A stretch of 64,000 nt of DNA from Chrysomallon squamiferum (lineage: Eukaryota; Animalia; Mollusca): assembly GCA_012295275.1 (NCBI GenBank), contig CM022672.1:24428001-24492000 (forward strand). The letters run 5' to 3'. This document shows, piece by piece, positions 38,178 through 55,416 of the stretch (its first letter is position 1; each line of letters begins with the position of its first letter). Both the position numbers and the translations under genes were made by a program. A model generated the notes under the pieces. It was not told the DNA's origin. It made no database searches and saw nothing but the letters and a program-made list of their open reading frames with translations.

Positions 38178-41169
38178 TTTGTTTTTGTCAAGGGGACAAA
38201 AAAATTCATTAGAAAATATTCATGAAAATAAAATCAAATTAACAGAAAGCAGATGAATTACTTAGATTTTAAAAAAGTAGTTACATTTGATAATTACAAA
38301 TGTGCTAATTTTTGCTTTGTAATAACTTCACATAATAAATGTTATTTATCGGTAGCCAGAAGATCCCAAATGGGCATTAATAACAAACCTGGAATTTAAA
38401 CTTATATAAACTTAAAAGAGGTGAATTAAAAGTAACAACCTCTTCATTTAATAGGAAATAGAAAAATCACTTTCATCCATTTTTATTTTTTATTTTTTAA
38501 ATCAAAATCAAAAGATGTAACTACAATTTATTGATTGATGTACAGATATTTTATAACTAATGAGTTATGTTTTTGTGATCTTTATGTAGAAATTTACATA
38601 ATTTATAACATATTAAAATATTTTTCATCTTGAAAATGTATTTTTTCTGAAAACCACTTTATAAAAATAAAAATATTGTATTTATTTGAGCTTCATTATT
38701 CAATAAGGCTCAGTGTAATCAGTAAAATTATATATAAAAAATTTAAATAGTTTGTGCCTTGTAATGAAATATATATATAAAATTCAAAAAAGTGTTGTAT
38801 ATTTTAACTGTGATATGAAATATTTTGTACTAAGTAATTTACCATTTAAAAAAGAAGATGCATGCTGATATGATAAATTTATTGTTTTGAAATCATCTGC
38901 ATACAGATCTTAATTATTTACTTCAATCTGCCAACAGCTAAAATTCATTCTTTTGAAGTGCAAAGGTGAAACATTACACATTCCACTAAATATTTTAAGA
39001 GCTTTATTTTAACCTATATCAGTGGTGAAACAAAAAACACCTTAAATGAATTATCTATTCTTCTAGTTAAAAGTAGCATTTAATGATTTATATGTAGCTT
39101 TAGATGTTTGTTTAATAATAAAATACAGTTATCATGAAATATTTGTGGTCATAATCAGCAGGCATTTGTTTTCATTGTCTTATAATAAATGATACAGTAT
39201 CATCTATCAAAAAGTACGTGTCAGGCAAGCCCAAAATGATCATATATTTAAGTTAGCTTTCAAATGATCACTGCAAATATTAACTTTAAATTTTATTTGA
39301 ATATCCTGTGCATAATTATTATGAAGCTGATGCTGTAATCTGTTTGGCTTTCATAAACAAAAAGAAATATATTTTTCAGTAGGGTTTATGCATTTTCTGT
39401 AGAATCCCAAATCTTTAAGGTTATGTCTTTTTGAGATTATTTAAACCAGACAAGAGTATTCAGGTTTAAAAAGGTTACTGGTAAGTCCACAATGACAAAA
39501 TAACAAAGTTGATGAAATTTCATGATATTAGTATTTTATTATCCCAATTTTGTTAGCAATCCTAGAAATATAGAAAGCATATTTCAGGGGTTTTATTATT
39601 TCTTTGTTAAAATGTGTCTTCAACTGTATAACTTATGATTTACAAGAACCATAATATTTATAACTGAATTTGTACCTTTTGTCCTTCTACCTGGTATAAT
39701 GTATCATTATGGTATCATGTGATAGATAGAAAAAAAGTGTTGATTTTGTTTTATTCAGCAAATGAATCTACTATATTAAAAAAAATGCTGTTGTTTATGT
39801 GTGAGATAGTGTGTTGTTAAAGCATTTGTACAGTTTATATTTATGGTTATTGTACATTAATATTGTATGTATCTTATATCAAACTTTGTGTATCATTTCA
39901 AAATTAAAAAAACAAAAATTTAGTTTTCTATACAGCTTATAAAATGAAATGTGTTACGTTCTGAACAGAGTGCTTCCTGAATAATCACATAATTTTGTCA
40001 GTAACAAAGTAATTAACATTTTATGAGAATTTTTAGTCTTTGTTATTTAAATATCTTATCCATCAAATCATTATTTATGGTTTATATTGGTATATTCTCC
40101 AAACTAATACAGTTACGAGTTTTGAGGAATTCATGCAGTTTAAACAAAAGGATAGTTGACTCAAAAATAAAAGTGTCATCTGGAGATATTAAAATATATT
40201 ATTCCGATACTAAAACAACCTGGAATATATACACAAAATTGCTTTACCCATAAAAAAAAATCAAGCTTGCAACTTTTTTGCAATCTTCATGTATGATTAC
40301 TAATTAACTATCAATCAAAGATAATGATGATTATCATGATTCAATGAGTGTTATAAAAAAAAATCAAATCCACATATTGTTCACTTTAAAAGAAAATTTT
40401 AAAATATGAGAAAGACAAAATAGAGAAATTTAAGTTTCTCCATCCCAGTTTATTTCCATTTCAGTTCAGATCAAAAATATATCTTTATTCCTTCAAACAC
40501 TGCATTCACAGACAAAAAAGCTTACTGTTGTTAATTAATGTTTACTCATATAATCATAAACTTTATGCATAATACTATTGTCAAAACAATACAGTGACCC
40601 AAACCTGTTCATAATAAATCTTAGCTATTACACTGTAGCTGATTATTTTTACGTAAAATTGTTATTTAAAACAAATATATATCTTTATAACCCAGTGAGT
40701 CACCAAATAGTTCTATATTTCTGACTTCCTTTAGAAAGGTATAGGTGATGATAAAATATGTACATTATGGTGGTGAATAAACAGAAATGGGGGTGGCAAT
40801 GAAAGTTAACAAATTAAATATTCATTTATATAGATATTTGACTAGCACAGTAATGGTTATTAGATCACACTATCATTGATGACTAATTCAGGTTATCCTA
40901 AGATGTTAAACTTTCAGTGAAGAATCTCAAATGAAACCAAAAAACCGTCAACTCCTAATTATGCTCCCTATTGATACATATATATGAATGACAACAATAT
41001 TTATTGTGTATCACAGTTACTGAAATAGTTTCATGCTGTGTTTGCATTGTTGATCAAACAGACACATAAATAAAATAAATTTGTTGAGTTTTAGGTAGTG
41101 TTTCTTTTTCTTATTGTATTATTGTTGTTTTTTTGTTTGTTTGTTTGTTTTGAAAATGGTAAAATTTAT

Positions 41170-42330
41170 TTTTTATTCCTCTGAACCATGATTCATAGGA
41201 CCATTTGCGTAGAATTCAGAAAGTATGAGTCAGTGGAAACAGTAAATTATGCATGGGTTTTCTGTTGGTATCATCTTTACACTTGAATGACCTTGAAAGA
41301 TCAAACTAAGATCCTTGGAGATTTTTTTCAGAGAAAGGGATTAGTTTGCCCTGGATGACAATAATTATCTATCCATATCTATGTCCTAGAAAATGGCTAA
41401 AATAGTCCAGTTGCCAAACCACAGATTTTTGGAGAACCTTGCAATACAAAGTTTTTTTTGCTGTTTCTATACCTCCAAGATGTGCTCTTTAAGAATCTGA
41501 ATGATGCCACTCTGTCATCTTTGGGCAATCTGCACAATATGCAATTAAGGCCGACATTACTGAAAATCTTGTTTTCGTCAATATCTCAGTAATTATGCAT
41601 GGTATCAAAATAATGTTGGTGTCTATCCCCATGTTTTGAGGGGTAAAGAATCATATTAAGCCATTTCAGTCAAGATCACACCAATATTTTGTGCTGAATA
41701 GGCATATTAAGGCCGCCATTACTGAAAATCTCGTTTTCGTCAATATCTCAGTAACTACACATGGTATCAAAATAATTTTGGCGTCTATACACATGTTTTA
41801 GGGATAAAGAATCAGATTAAACCATTACAGTATTGATCACACCAATATTTTCTGCAAAATATGCAAAAATCAACCTCAGTGTATATCCGAGTCATTACAG
41901 AACATCCCCTTTACTTAAGCTGATGCATGTTGCCATTACTGATTTGACTCAGTCCTCACACAAGCCACTTTCAACAACATTGTCACAGCCATCAACCTGT
42001 TGGGTGTGCTCATTCCGGCAGTGTGCTTCTCCGTTACATCCACAAAACATTGGGCATGGCAAGTGAGCTGTATAGCATCCACACATTGCTGTCAAACAGG
42101 GTGTATCCGTAGCTCAACCACACCTTATCATTTCCAGCACCTCCGGTGGAGCAACACTAATGTTTGGTTGCAATGTTACTGGGATTGTCTTCCTGCCACC
42201 GGACTAAAATGTTGGATAAACTATATGGACTTTTCTTTATATTACTATATGTTAATTTGAATGATTTTGTTTTGTTATTTATATTTTCCCATAATTTGTA
42301 AATTACTGATTGGATTGTATCTCCTTTTGA
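41170..42330 (-). mobile_element. DNA-transposon relic (Academ-like) with C-terminal CXC motif and an internal 162-bp tandem duplication
   Basis: Minus strand ~42200-41990 reads PVTLQPNISVAPPEVLEMIRCG*ATDTPCLTAMCGCYTAHL/PCPMFCGCNGEAHCRN; two ~162-bp units start at 41544 and 41706. Superfamily and boundaries are tentative. Confidence 0.5.
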
Positions 42331-43101
42331 CTCTCATTTCTATCTAAACAGCATAGAAAACCAAGAATTACGTCTGTTAATCTTGAAGCAAAAGCATTGT
42401 TCAAAAATGAGGCTACCTTTTATTTTAACATTCCCCTCTCCATATATGGGTCTAGTTGGATTTAGCCATACTAAAGCATTTCTAAGCAGTGAAACATACT
42501 GATCTTGGGGGCAAAAAAGAGACTTAAGATTAAAGCTTACATATCATCAGCCCTATGTAAATGGCCTATTAAAAAACATCAAGCCTATCTTTCACATAAA
42601 AATAAATTTTAGTCTGTATAAAAATTTAATGTTTTTTTTATTAACTGTAAGTGAATTTTAAAACTTTTTATAAAATCCAAAAATCTTTATTAAAAAAATA
42701 CTTAAAAAAATAGTTTTAAAAGTACTTAATATCAAATTTTTCAATGGGACACTAGATTTTCATAGAATTATCAAAAGGATCAGTAAGAAAAATAAAATTG
42801 GCAACCCCTTTGTTAGACCTACAACAGTCCTTTGATATGCTTAACCATGGGATTTTATTAAATATACATTAAGTGCCAAAGCTTAAAACCACAGTTATAT
42901 ACATGATTTGATAGAAAACAGGACAATGATGTTAAATGTATAGTCAGCTTCTGATTTTCATTAGGCATTGCTCAGATCTCCATCCTCCTTCGGTCTCTTG
43001 AATTACTTGTTAATCACCATCAAGTGCAAGCTCCTGCTTTGATGAAAAAAATGTGTCAGAGGTAGAGGAGGTACTTAGTTCGGAGTTTGAATCAGTTAGT
43101 G

Positions 43102-45432
<2,331 letters not shown>

Positions 45433-46084
45433 ACTTAGTGAATGGCTACCAAACAATATATTACATTTAATCAAAACAGTGCATCAGAAAGAAGATTGCA
45501 AAAAATTTATAATTTGAATAAGGGTACATAAAGGAAACATCATTAAATGAAAGTTAAATGTCTCCTATCTTGGAATAACTTTAGATTAGTCCTTTTCACA
45601 TGATGCTATTGTATCTAAAGTGATTTCCAAATGTATAAAAAGTCAAATAAAAGGTCAAGATTCAAGATACCAAGAGTAAATGGTATTCTGTAGCTTTCCA
45701 TATCAAAACCTCCCACATCTCAGTTTCCATGAAATTTGGTATGTAGGATGCTCAACCTAATGACGATTTTCTTTATTTCTATCAATTCAGAAGTTGAAAC
45801 AGAGACTTTATATGATTAAATTTAGACACTGATGTTAAATACTAAAGTTTCCTTTTGACTAATATCGCTGCCAGATATTGTTATCTCATAATTTATAATG
45901 ATTGTGTTCTTTCCAATGTCACCAGTTTCATTAAAACCAATCTGCAGGTTGCTAGATTAAAGATGTCAGTATTAGTGTATTTAAATTAAAATTTATAGTA
46001 AAATTCTGTAACAAAGAAATTTTAAAACAAGTTCAGAATGGAATAGAAATTACATTTATTTGACCAAATATATCAGTACTGATA

Positions 46085-48780
46085 GTATTCACACTAAGGT
46101 GGACAATCCTTTTTCAGTCACAATGAATGGGTCAGTTAAGTATGACTGATGTGAGTCTGACACAAGAATATCTTATCCTGCCTGTACTTCCTGTAGCAGG
46201 ACTGCCAAATTTGGTGGAAGAAAAAAATATGTAGGTGTTTCTAAAATGTCTGAAAAAACAAATGTTTGAAGCAGGTATAAACTGCTTGATGTGAAGACCA
46301 AATGTTTTAATGGCATTTGGCCTTTCGTCAAACTCCCTTACATATTTGTTGTCAAATACTGTCATGTTCAGTCTGCTTGTCATTCAGTATTGCCATTAAC
46401 TTTTAAAATACTGATGACCTTTATGGCCTTGTTTTAAAAATATTTTAGATGGGGTGCAAAGGATAATTTCCTGTCAAATATAACCCTCAGAAATTTGGTT
46501 TCCTCCACAACATTTGGACTTTTGACCAGAAATAATTGTGGGTCCAAATGGATACAACTTTTCTGGCAGATATGCATACATACTCTCTTAGCCTTTTAGA
46601 ATCGAAAAGCATTGTCAGTTTCCCATTGCTGAAATTTATTCAGATAAAAATGCAACTGAAGTTTGATAATGCTCATACTGGACAATAGGTAGCAAATCTC
46701 AAAAAAATTATTTAAAATATAAAGGGCAGTCAACACCAGGTTTTAAACACTGGGTGATGCTGTCAATTTTCACAGAAAATAAAGTTAGAAATAGCATATT
46801 ACCCTGAGGTAGACCCATCTTTTGCTGGTGGGAATCAGAAAATGTAGGTCCTACCTGGATTTTAAAAAGTTCTGTCTTTTAAAAAATTACTTACAAAAAT
46901 AGGAAGGCAACCTGTTAGACCAAAATTATGGAGGTCCTTCATTATCCCATATTTCATGTAGTGTCATAAGCTTTCTCCAAATAAAAGATTACCAAAACTA
47001 GTTGTTGACTGTGAATAAAAGCTTCCCTGTAAAAATTTTCAAATCTAACAAGATGATCTGTCATGCTGCGTCTGGATTTGAAACTACACTGCACATTAGT
47101 AAGAGGTTTGTAAGATTCAAGAAACCAGTCTAGTCTACAATTGATCATACATTTCATGTTGAGGCAGTAGGGTGATAATTAGTAGGATCTTTACCAGACT
47201 GTGGAATAATAATCACAATTGCCTTCCTCCAATCAGAAGGAAAGTTACCTGAAATCAAGATTTTGTATGTTGTATACTTGAGCCTTTTCATATGAAAAAT
47301 TAATACATATAGTCTTACAACTTTATTACATTCAGATGTTACATCATCTGTACTGAAAGAAGAAGAATTAAGAGAAAAGTTATCTTCATTGAAATCTCTG
47401 TGAGGAGATAAATAAACAGATCATAAAGAATAAGTTTTATGAGATGTGACTTCAACAGCCACAGCATGTAAATTAATATTTAATGTATATCTATTCTGGC
47501 CAATGTTTACATTAACAATGACAGAAAAAGCCCAGAAATCCTACCATCTTTTTGGTTTCTTTTCCTGACGTGATCTTACTGGGCCTAGCTCGTCAGTGAA
47601 CTATCATCTTGGTGGAATCTCAGAATCCGAAGATACCTTAATAGATTTCCCTGCCAATTTCTTGATAGCTTTTGCTGCTTTTTGACGTGCTTTTTTTCTA
47701 TTTCTGATTTCTCAAATTTAAGTGTATCTACTGACCAAGTTAAGTCTATCTGTATCTGAACGGATGTTGTAGATACTTTCACAGCTGCAACATATGATTT
47801 TCCTACTACGGTATGTGAAATGGATTATAAAAGTTTCCTAACATCTGTATACGCAAATGCTTGTCATCTTGAACCTGTTGTACCTTGTTTTCCATTTTCT
47901 ATTTCGAACATTCTCGCGAATACGCAAGTGTTACTCCTTGCAAATGGTGCATACTATATCATTCCGCCATCTCTGGCTCGCATGATCAAATTGACCACAA
48001 CGAGCACGTGTCACTTTGATACGGCATGCATTTTGTCCGTGCCCCATGTTTTGACATTTATAACACTGTAAACGGTTTGGAACATTAGGCATATCAGGTA
48101 TATTCAAATACCCAGCCTGAACGAACTCGAAAAAGGATGGCCTTCTGAAAGTGAGGATCAATGTGTTCGCCAGAACTAACTCATTCCGATCAACACTGAT
48201 CCGCTTGACAAACGATACCGCTTGAGAAGAGCGATTTTCGCAGATTTCATCTTCACTAACGCCTATTTAATCTCTTGATCTACATCACTCCATTTTACAA
48301 GTTCAGCGAGTCCCTTTTATATCGCAAAAGATGATAATTTGCTTTAGGCTCTGTCACTGGAAGAACCAATGACCAGAAACTTTGACCAAGACTGCGAAGA
48401 AATGACTTTGGATTTCTGTACATTGTTTGTCTTGGAGTCTTCGTTCGGAGATGGAAAATCCGAAACTTCGGTCTGGACTCTTCAGAGTTCCATCAGAAGT
48501 TAATGCTGATTTTTTTGTTTATAGCCATAATAGAGATTCAATAATTCATCAACCATGACCCCCACATTGAGCCCAACGAAGGGACATGATACTGCGGACG
48601 TCCAGCTGGGACACTCATGTCAGGGATACATGGTTGTATACTCAGGCAACTATAACAATAAATTATCAGACTGACTCCAGCCATCAAGAGCAACTGCAAA
48701 GCATACAAATAATTTTAACTGTTTGTTCTTGATAATTAAACAAAACAATGTTACTTTTTGAGTTACCGTGATGAGTTTGG
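46085..48780 (-). mobile_element. Decayed, internally deleted I/Nimb-group LINE (gag-like ORF1 with zinc knuckles plus RT remnants)
   Basis: ORF1 PNRLQCYKCQNMGHGQNAC..RCGQFDH..CTICK (47931-48161); ORF2 MINCRLDWFLES..QCSF..RRSMTDHLVRFE..LEKAYDTT, PQG motif, DNAFRF.KAK.VCMH.C, TKFLRVIFDRKLSF. Confidence 0.85.
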
Positions 48781-50099
48781 GCTGAACCTGACCTCCCGTC
48801 TATGAAAACTTCAAAGTAGTTTATTGTCAATGGCAGTGTGCTCGGTTGCAGACATTCACCATGTCTCAGGGGATCTGAGAATGAATAGACACCTACATAT
48901 AATATCACTTAACGTACTTTTACTATCATACCAAAGACTTTTTTTTAATCTATTAGCCAGTTTACAATGTTTATTTTTTGTTGGTTTTGTCGTTGTTGTT
49001 ATTGTTGATCTATATTTTTCATTGATTTTTATATACTACTGTTTTGATAATATAATTCATTCGTTTCTGAGCAGCGGTGTAACTTAACTACCAGATTACC
49101 CACCGGTGGGTACTCTCGCTTGGAACTAATAGCGGGATTTTTTCACCTATCTCTTTGGATTACAAAAATAGTGACATTCCTTCGCAGGCAGAACATATGC
49201 AGGACAACTAATTAATGCATTCAGTTTTTATCTGCCAAAAGAACATGCTGCACAATTTCTGCACTGAAGACTCGAACGCATCTCTTTAAACGTAGCAATA
49301 CACTGGCATGCGCCGTGGATTTTAGACGCAGTTCGGCTAAGTACCCATAAGAGACTGAGAAACACAAGTACATCAAAATCTGTATGTATTTGAGATAATT
49401 TAATTGGTTTTAAGTGGTAAAAGAGTAATCACTGTATCTGTTTGGGAGCTTACATCTGAGAAGTCATAAAGATAAAAGCAAAACGATGACGCAATACAAT
49501 TAGGCATAAATTGGCGAAATGCTAGTTTAGCTACCAATCTGAAAATATTTTTTTTTCGTTTAAATGTATATAATGTATATATATATATATATATAAAAAA
49601 ACAGGCTAATAATAAAGAAGTTTATTTGAAATCAGGGCTTAAACGTTTTTAATTATTATTATTATTATTACTTCTGTTTTGTTTTTATTTTATTTTCTGC
49701 TTTTCCAAATGGCTGGTTGATGGCTACGGTTTAATTTCGCGCATTTTAATTGGAAGAGGAGTGGTGATGGCAAAACGACACTTTAGTTAAGCCTTAACCT
49801 TGGGGAGGTGGTAAACCATCAAAAACAAAACATTTTTAGCCACTAGCAATCAATACTTCATTTGAACGATTTTCGGAAGTTATTTTAAACAATCCTACAT
49901 TGATTTGTTTTATTATGAACTCCCCCCCCCAAAAATGTAGCCGAAACAACTTATTTATTTATTTATTTATTTATTTATTATGCTTAACTACCAGATAGCC
50001 AGTAAATTTAGCTTTTTCTCTTCAGTTCAGTACCCGTATCCTTTATTTGCGTTCGTTTTATGCTCAGTTTTATGTATACCATAATTCTTTGAAGCCATG

Positions 50100-50690
50100 A
50101 AAAAATAAAAAAAAGGTTTATTTGATAAATGCAGAATTTTTTAAAAGAAAATATGTAGTTCATAGTTAAGAAATGACTAATATTTAGTTAATATTTTCAA
50201 ATCTTATTTATATAACTGGTTTCGTAAAAAGGAAAGAGAATTTAAAAAAGATATTGTCATTTTCTTTTTATTATTATTTATTTTTTTAACTTTTTTAAAA
50301 ATGTTTGAAAGCTTGATACTAGGGCTATCATTCATCTATATTATGCAAAAAATAGAATATCATTTAAATCAAATACTTCTTCAAACAATAAAAAAAAATA
50401 AAAAAAGGTTTATTTGATAAATGCAGAATTTTTTAAAAGAAAATATGTAGTTCATAGTTAAGAAATGACTAATATTTAGTTAATATTTTCAAATCTTATT
50501 TATATAACTGGTTTCGTAAAAAGGAAAGAGAATTTAAAAAAGATATTGTCATTTTCTTTTTATTATTATTTATTTTTTTAACTTTTTTTAAAATGTTTGA
50601 AAGCTTGATACTAGGGCTATCATTCCTCTATATTATGCAAAAAATAGAATATCATTTAAATCAAATACTTCTTCAAACAATAAAAAAAAA
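50100..50690. repeat. Near-perfect 292-bp tandem duplication
   Basis: ggtttatttgataaatgc at 50115 and 50407; units differ only by a substitution (tcatcta/tcctcta) and homopolymer lengths. Confidence 0.95.
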
Positions 50691-51471
50691 AAAAAAAAAA
50701 AAAATTCTGATTATTAATAATTTCTTTTTAAAAACTTAAAGACATATGGCTCATTTATTTCTGCTTAAAGAAAGTATTTTCAGATATTTGTTTTCCCTAA
50801 GTTTCAGAAACATCAGTTCTACATTTTTAAAACTAATACCATGGATGGAATAAATATACTCATAGTATTTGAGATTTTTTCTCTTAAATCCAAAAGCAAA
50901 AAAAAAAAAAAAAAAAAAAAAAAATAACAATAGAAATATAAAATTAAAAAAATCATGACAAATAATAATATTAAATAAAATTATATTATTATTAATTTGT
51001 TTGTTAAAATACAATAAAGAAATTTCATTATTTATAGAGACCAAGTAAGAAGTTTCCTCTTGTGTTTTTCTCTCATAGTTAACAAATTCTTATGAAATGC
51101 TTTTTTTCATTATTAATTTATTTCGTATATTATCACAAACAAAACAGATACATGTAACTGAAAATATATTCAGTATACAGAACTGCTTTTTTCACAAAAA
51201 TACTTCTCTGACCCAGGTTATGAGTTTGTGCAACATGGTAACTTCTCAGTTTCTTCTGTTTTCCATAGTATGTAACTGGATTATGATAGAAATATCTTGC
51301 TACTTGGCTGGAAGTGAACTCTGATGATTAGTTAAACTGTTAATGGTATGAATATATTATCCAACAATAACAAATAACAAACAACTAAAAACAAAACAAA
51401 AACGAGTCAACAAAGTATATTTCCTTTTTTGTTTCTTTTTCAGACTGATGTTTTGAGTTACTGTTCTTTTT

Positions 51472-53188
51472 ATGGATAATTTTGTATTTTGGCACTGTGT
51501 TGTATGGGTCTTGATTTATGGTAATATATAAATATCACTGATTTAAATTATTTATAAAATTTGATGAAAATTAGCAGATATATACGGAATAAAAATAATC
51601 AGATAATGAAATCTCATTAATGTTGATGTCAGTATTTTGAGAGGAAACAAATCATACATTTAATAATACTGATTAAAGAATAAATGATGTATCCAATTGG
51701 CATTGCTGTAAAATTATCAAAGTACCATAATTCATTAATGTCAAGGCCATCTGAGTGATAGAAATTGTAGTAATTATTTTCAAATGATTATAGTAATAAA
51801 TAGATTAATTTACACTGTTTTGACTGTAACAAATGCAATACCTATTTTTAGAACAGAATGTTTTAATTTAAACTACATAAGATAGATATAACACATTTAT
51901 ACAATCATCTCTTAACAGCTGGTATAATATTTAGCTATTGTTAAACATTAATTTATATTTATATTTTTGTTTTGTTTTTGAAGAGTAGTGTAACATCAAC
52001 AAACTCCAAATCATTACTGTTCTAGTATGCTAGAGAACAATATCTAAGGTAGAGTAGGCTTTTTAAAATCAGAATGTACAGTGTAAATGAATTGTGGTTT
52101 CTACAACTACTTTATAATAACTTTTTTATTATATTTTTTTAATTGAATTTCTTACCTTTTTTGTTTTTGTTTTTAGTGTCACCATGTTATGCTGCTTTAA
52201 AAGAGTGTTTAGCCCATATTGGACAAATACAATATTCATCATTCACTTCTAAACAGGATGACGATTGGAAGAAAGGATACAATACTGATACCTATTGGTG
52301 TAGCAGTAGTAATGTTGAAGGTCCAATCAGAGATTATTATCCATCCATTACTCTCACATTTAAAAAGCCTATACTAAAGTTCTTGCAATTGAAATACGGG
52401 CACCACCACCCATCCATAAGAAATTTGGATTTTTGTCTTTTCGTGTGTATTTTCGGTATGGTTCCTATTACCTAGGACTCTTCACTGCTGTTAAAGAATT
52501 ACGTGAAATATACCAGAAAAGTCAAGGTAAACACCAGCTAAGATGGCTGAGGATTTTTTTAGATTTTGATTAATTTTAGGCTATTAATGAAATTAAAAAT
52601 ATTGCTTAAAATGTAATATACACAAATATTTATTTTCGATTTTTCAAAATGAATTAGAAAAAAATTGTTGTATTACACTTTTGGCTTAACTTTTGTTACA
52701 CAATTTTGTTATAGTGATCTTTAATTTGTAGTAAAACTATGAATTATTGATTATAAATTTTCATTTCCTTGGTAACATGTTATGGTATACATTATTAATA
52801 TTTATTTTGAATGGGTCATTCTCCCATAAATTGGAAAATGTTATATCTGTTCTGAATATAACTGGCAGTAATTATAATGTTGCATGTGTGAAGGCGATGA
52901 CTGGACCACAATTTAAAATGAATGAAGTGTTTGAGTGGGAAAAAAAAAAAAAAAAAAAAAAAATAATAATAATAGGTAGTATTAATTTAACATTAAAAAA
53001 ATATTGGTTATTTCCTAATGACTTCTCTGTGTATCTTTTTTCATGAGTTGGTCCATGTGCCGTTTGATATTAAACTTTGTCCCTATATAAAATATTTCCT
53101 TGATTTTCACAAGGTTAATGGGCTACAACTAAATTATTAGTATTTAAGTATTAGTATACAGACACACACACAGACACACAGACAGACA

Positions 53189-53235
<47 letters not shown>

Positions 53236-55378
53236 TTTTTACAAATTGTACTAGCATCCATAAGTTTCACTTAAATTCACATATGCTAAAAGATGAACTT
53301 ATTTTGACATTAAAAAAGAAATGGTTTTTATTTTTGCCTCCCTTAAAAAGAATTTAAAAGATGAGTTTATCTCCAGTGCTGGTGTTTTGGATTTCTTTTG
53401 TTTTTTTACCATAAAACCTGATGTATTTAATAAAATTATTATTTTTATAGCTGTTCAACAATAAAAATATTTATTAAAAATCAACATATTTATCACTTTT
53501 TAAATCTGATGAAATATGTATTTATTTTACTGTACATATCAACTCAGCGTTATTTATCAGATTCTGAAAATTACAGCAGAGTGCTCCAGATATTACTGAC
53601 TTTTGATGTAAAATTGTTGTGATTTTGTACGCTTGGACATTGAGATAAATTTGTCCAAACAATTTTAGTATAACTCAAAATGAATGTTTATTTAAAAATG
53701 TTTTTAATCACACACACACACACACACATATATACATTTTTTTTTTTTTTTTTTTTTTTAAAGAAAAGGTGCCTGACATGGAAGGCTCATTAGATGGAGA
53801 TTATGGTGGCCAAAAGCATAATTTGAAAGCTTTATTAAATATATATGTATAGACATGTATATTTGTAATGATTATTATATTATTGAGGCCAAAAATAATG
53901 ACAAATATTCAGACAATGCCATTAACATATGCAAGTAGACATGTGGTAAATATGTCAGCAAAGGCTGATATTTGATATTTAAATGTAATGAGATTAATAA
54001 ATAATGCAGGGCAATCCAGTTTTAAAAGTATGACATTGACTTATGCTGTTTTGATCTTATGCATTAGTTCAGTTAATATTTTGAAAATAGTGATTGGAAT
54101 AGTTTGTAGTCATTACCATAGCAATGCTCATTAACATAAGATACTAATATCATTACCATCACCGACATAAAAACTAAAGAATCTGAAAATCTAAATTAAT
54201 ATAATAAATACAATTTAGTATTTAATATTTAATATCACTATGGTGACAAATAATTCAACAAGCTTCATTCATTATAAAATCTGACAATGCCATTTTTTCC
54301 CCAAAAATATGAACTATTTTAACATTCTTCTAAAAGAAAATGATGAAATCTGTACTCCATTTTACAAAATACATATCGTATTGGGTTGTGGAATAAGTCA
54401 TTGCAGTTCAATTAAATTTAATCATTACATAGAAGAAAACTCAAAAATGTTTTTATACTGTATGTTTTATGTTGTTGTTTTTTTGTTTTGAGATGAACAG
54501 TTGTTTAAATTCAAGGACATATAACAAATTAATTTGTTTATATTTTACTCCAGGAGTTTCCTGGAATGACAGAATCAGATATTGTCAATGACCGAAAAAT
54601 TAGGTATGTCATGCCCTATCCAGTTCCTGCAGCTGGTCATTTGAGAATATACTTCAAACTTCCACTTGGTCAAGATCATGTTTGCTTGAGATTCCAGATT
54701 CAACAGCTGTGTGACTCGAGCAGTAGTTATATATACTTATTTCTTTTCTTCTTATTTTTGTCTTAACTAATTTCTTTATCCTATTTCTACCGGTTATGGC
54801 CCACGAAATCGATAACTTGTATAAATGATCTTAAAATTATGTCTACTTAGTGGGACAAGCTGATATGTACCAGTGAGTATCTGTCAACATCCTGGGATTC
54901 ATTAATTGCCATTTTACCTGGTTGACGGTGTGCACAGTCAAAAGGTAACAACAAGGTGATATTGTACCGCAGCTATTACTACTACTACTATTATTACTAC
55001 AATTCAATTTCAGTTCAGTTTATTTATTTGCCAAAGTCAGCATAACTATAAACACAAAACAGACAAGAATGCAGTTAGAAAACAAAAACAGTTGTGTAAT
55101 ACGTTACAGTATACAAACACAGGAATAAAAAATTTAAAGTAAGAATTAGGATAATAAAAATATAAACATATAGTTGTTATATATATGTAGTTACAAATTA
55201 AATTACATATTTATCAAGATTCCTTAAAGTTTATTTTTTATTTTTTGAAGACAAAAGATTGATTATGTTAAAAGTAGATGGTCTTGTATACAAATATTTC
55301 TTAAAATATGATACTCTAATATCATTATAAAATAAACATTTTGATGCAAAATGGAATTCATCTTCAAAGCCTCCACTG

Positions 55379-55416
<38 letters not shown>

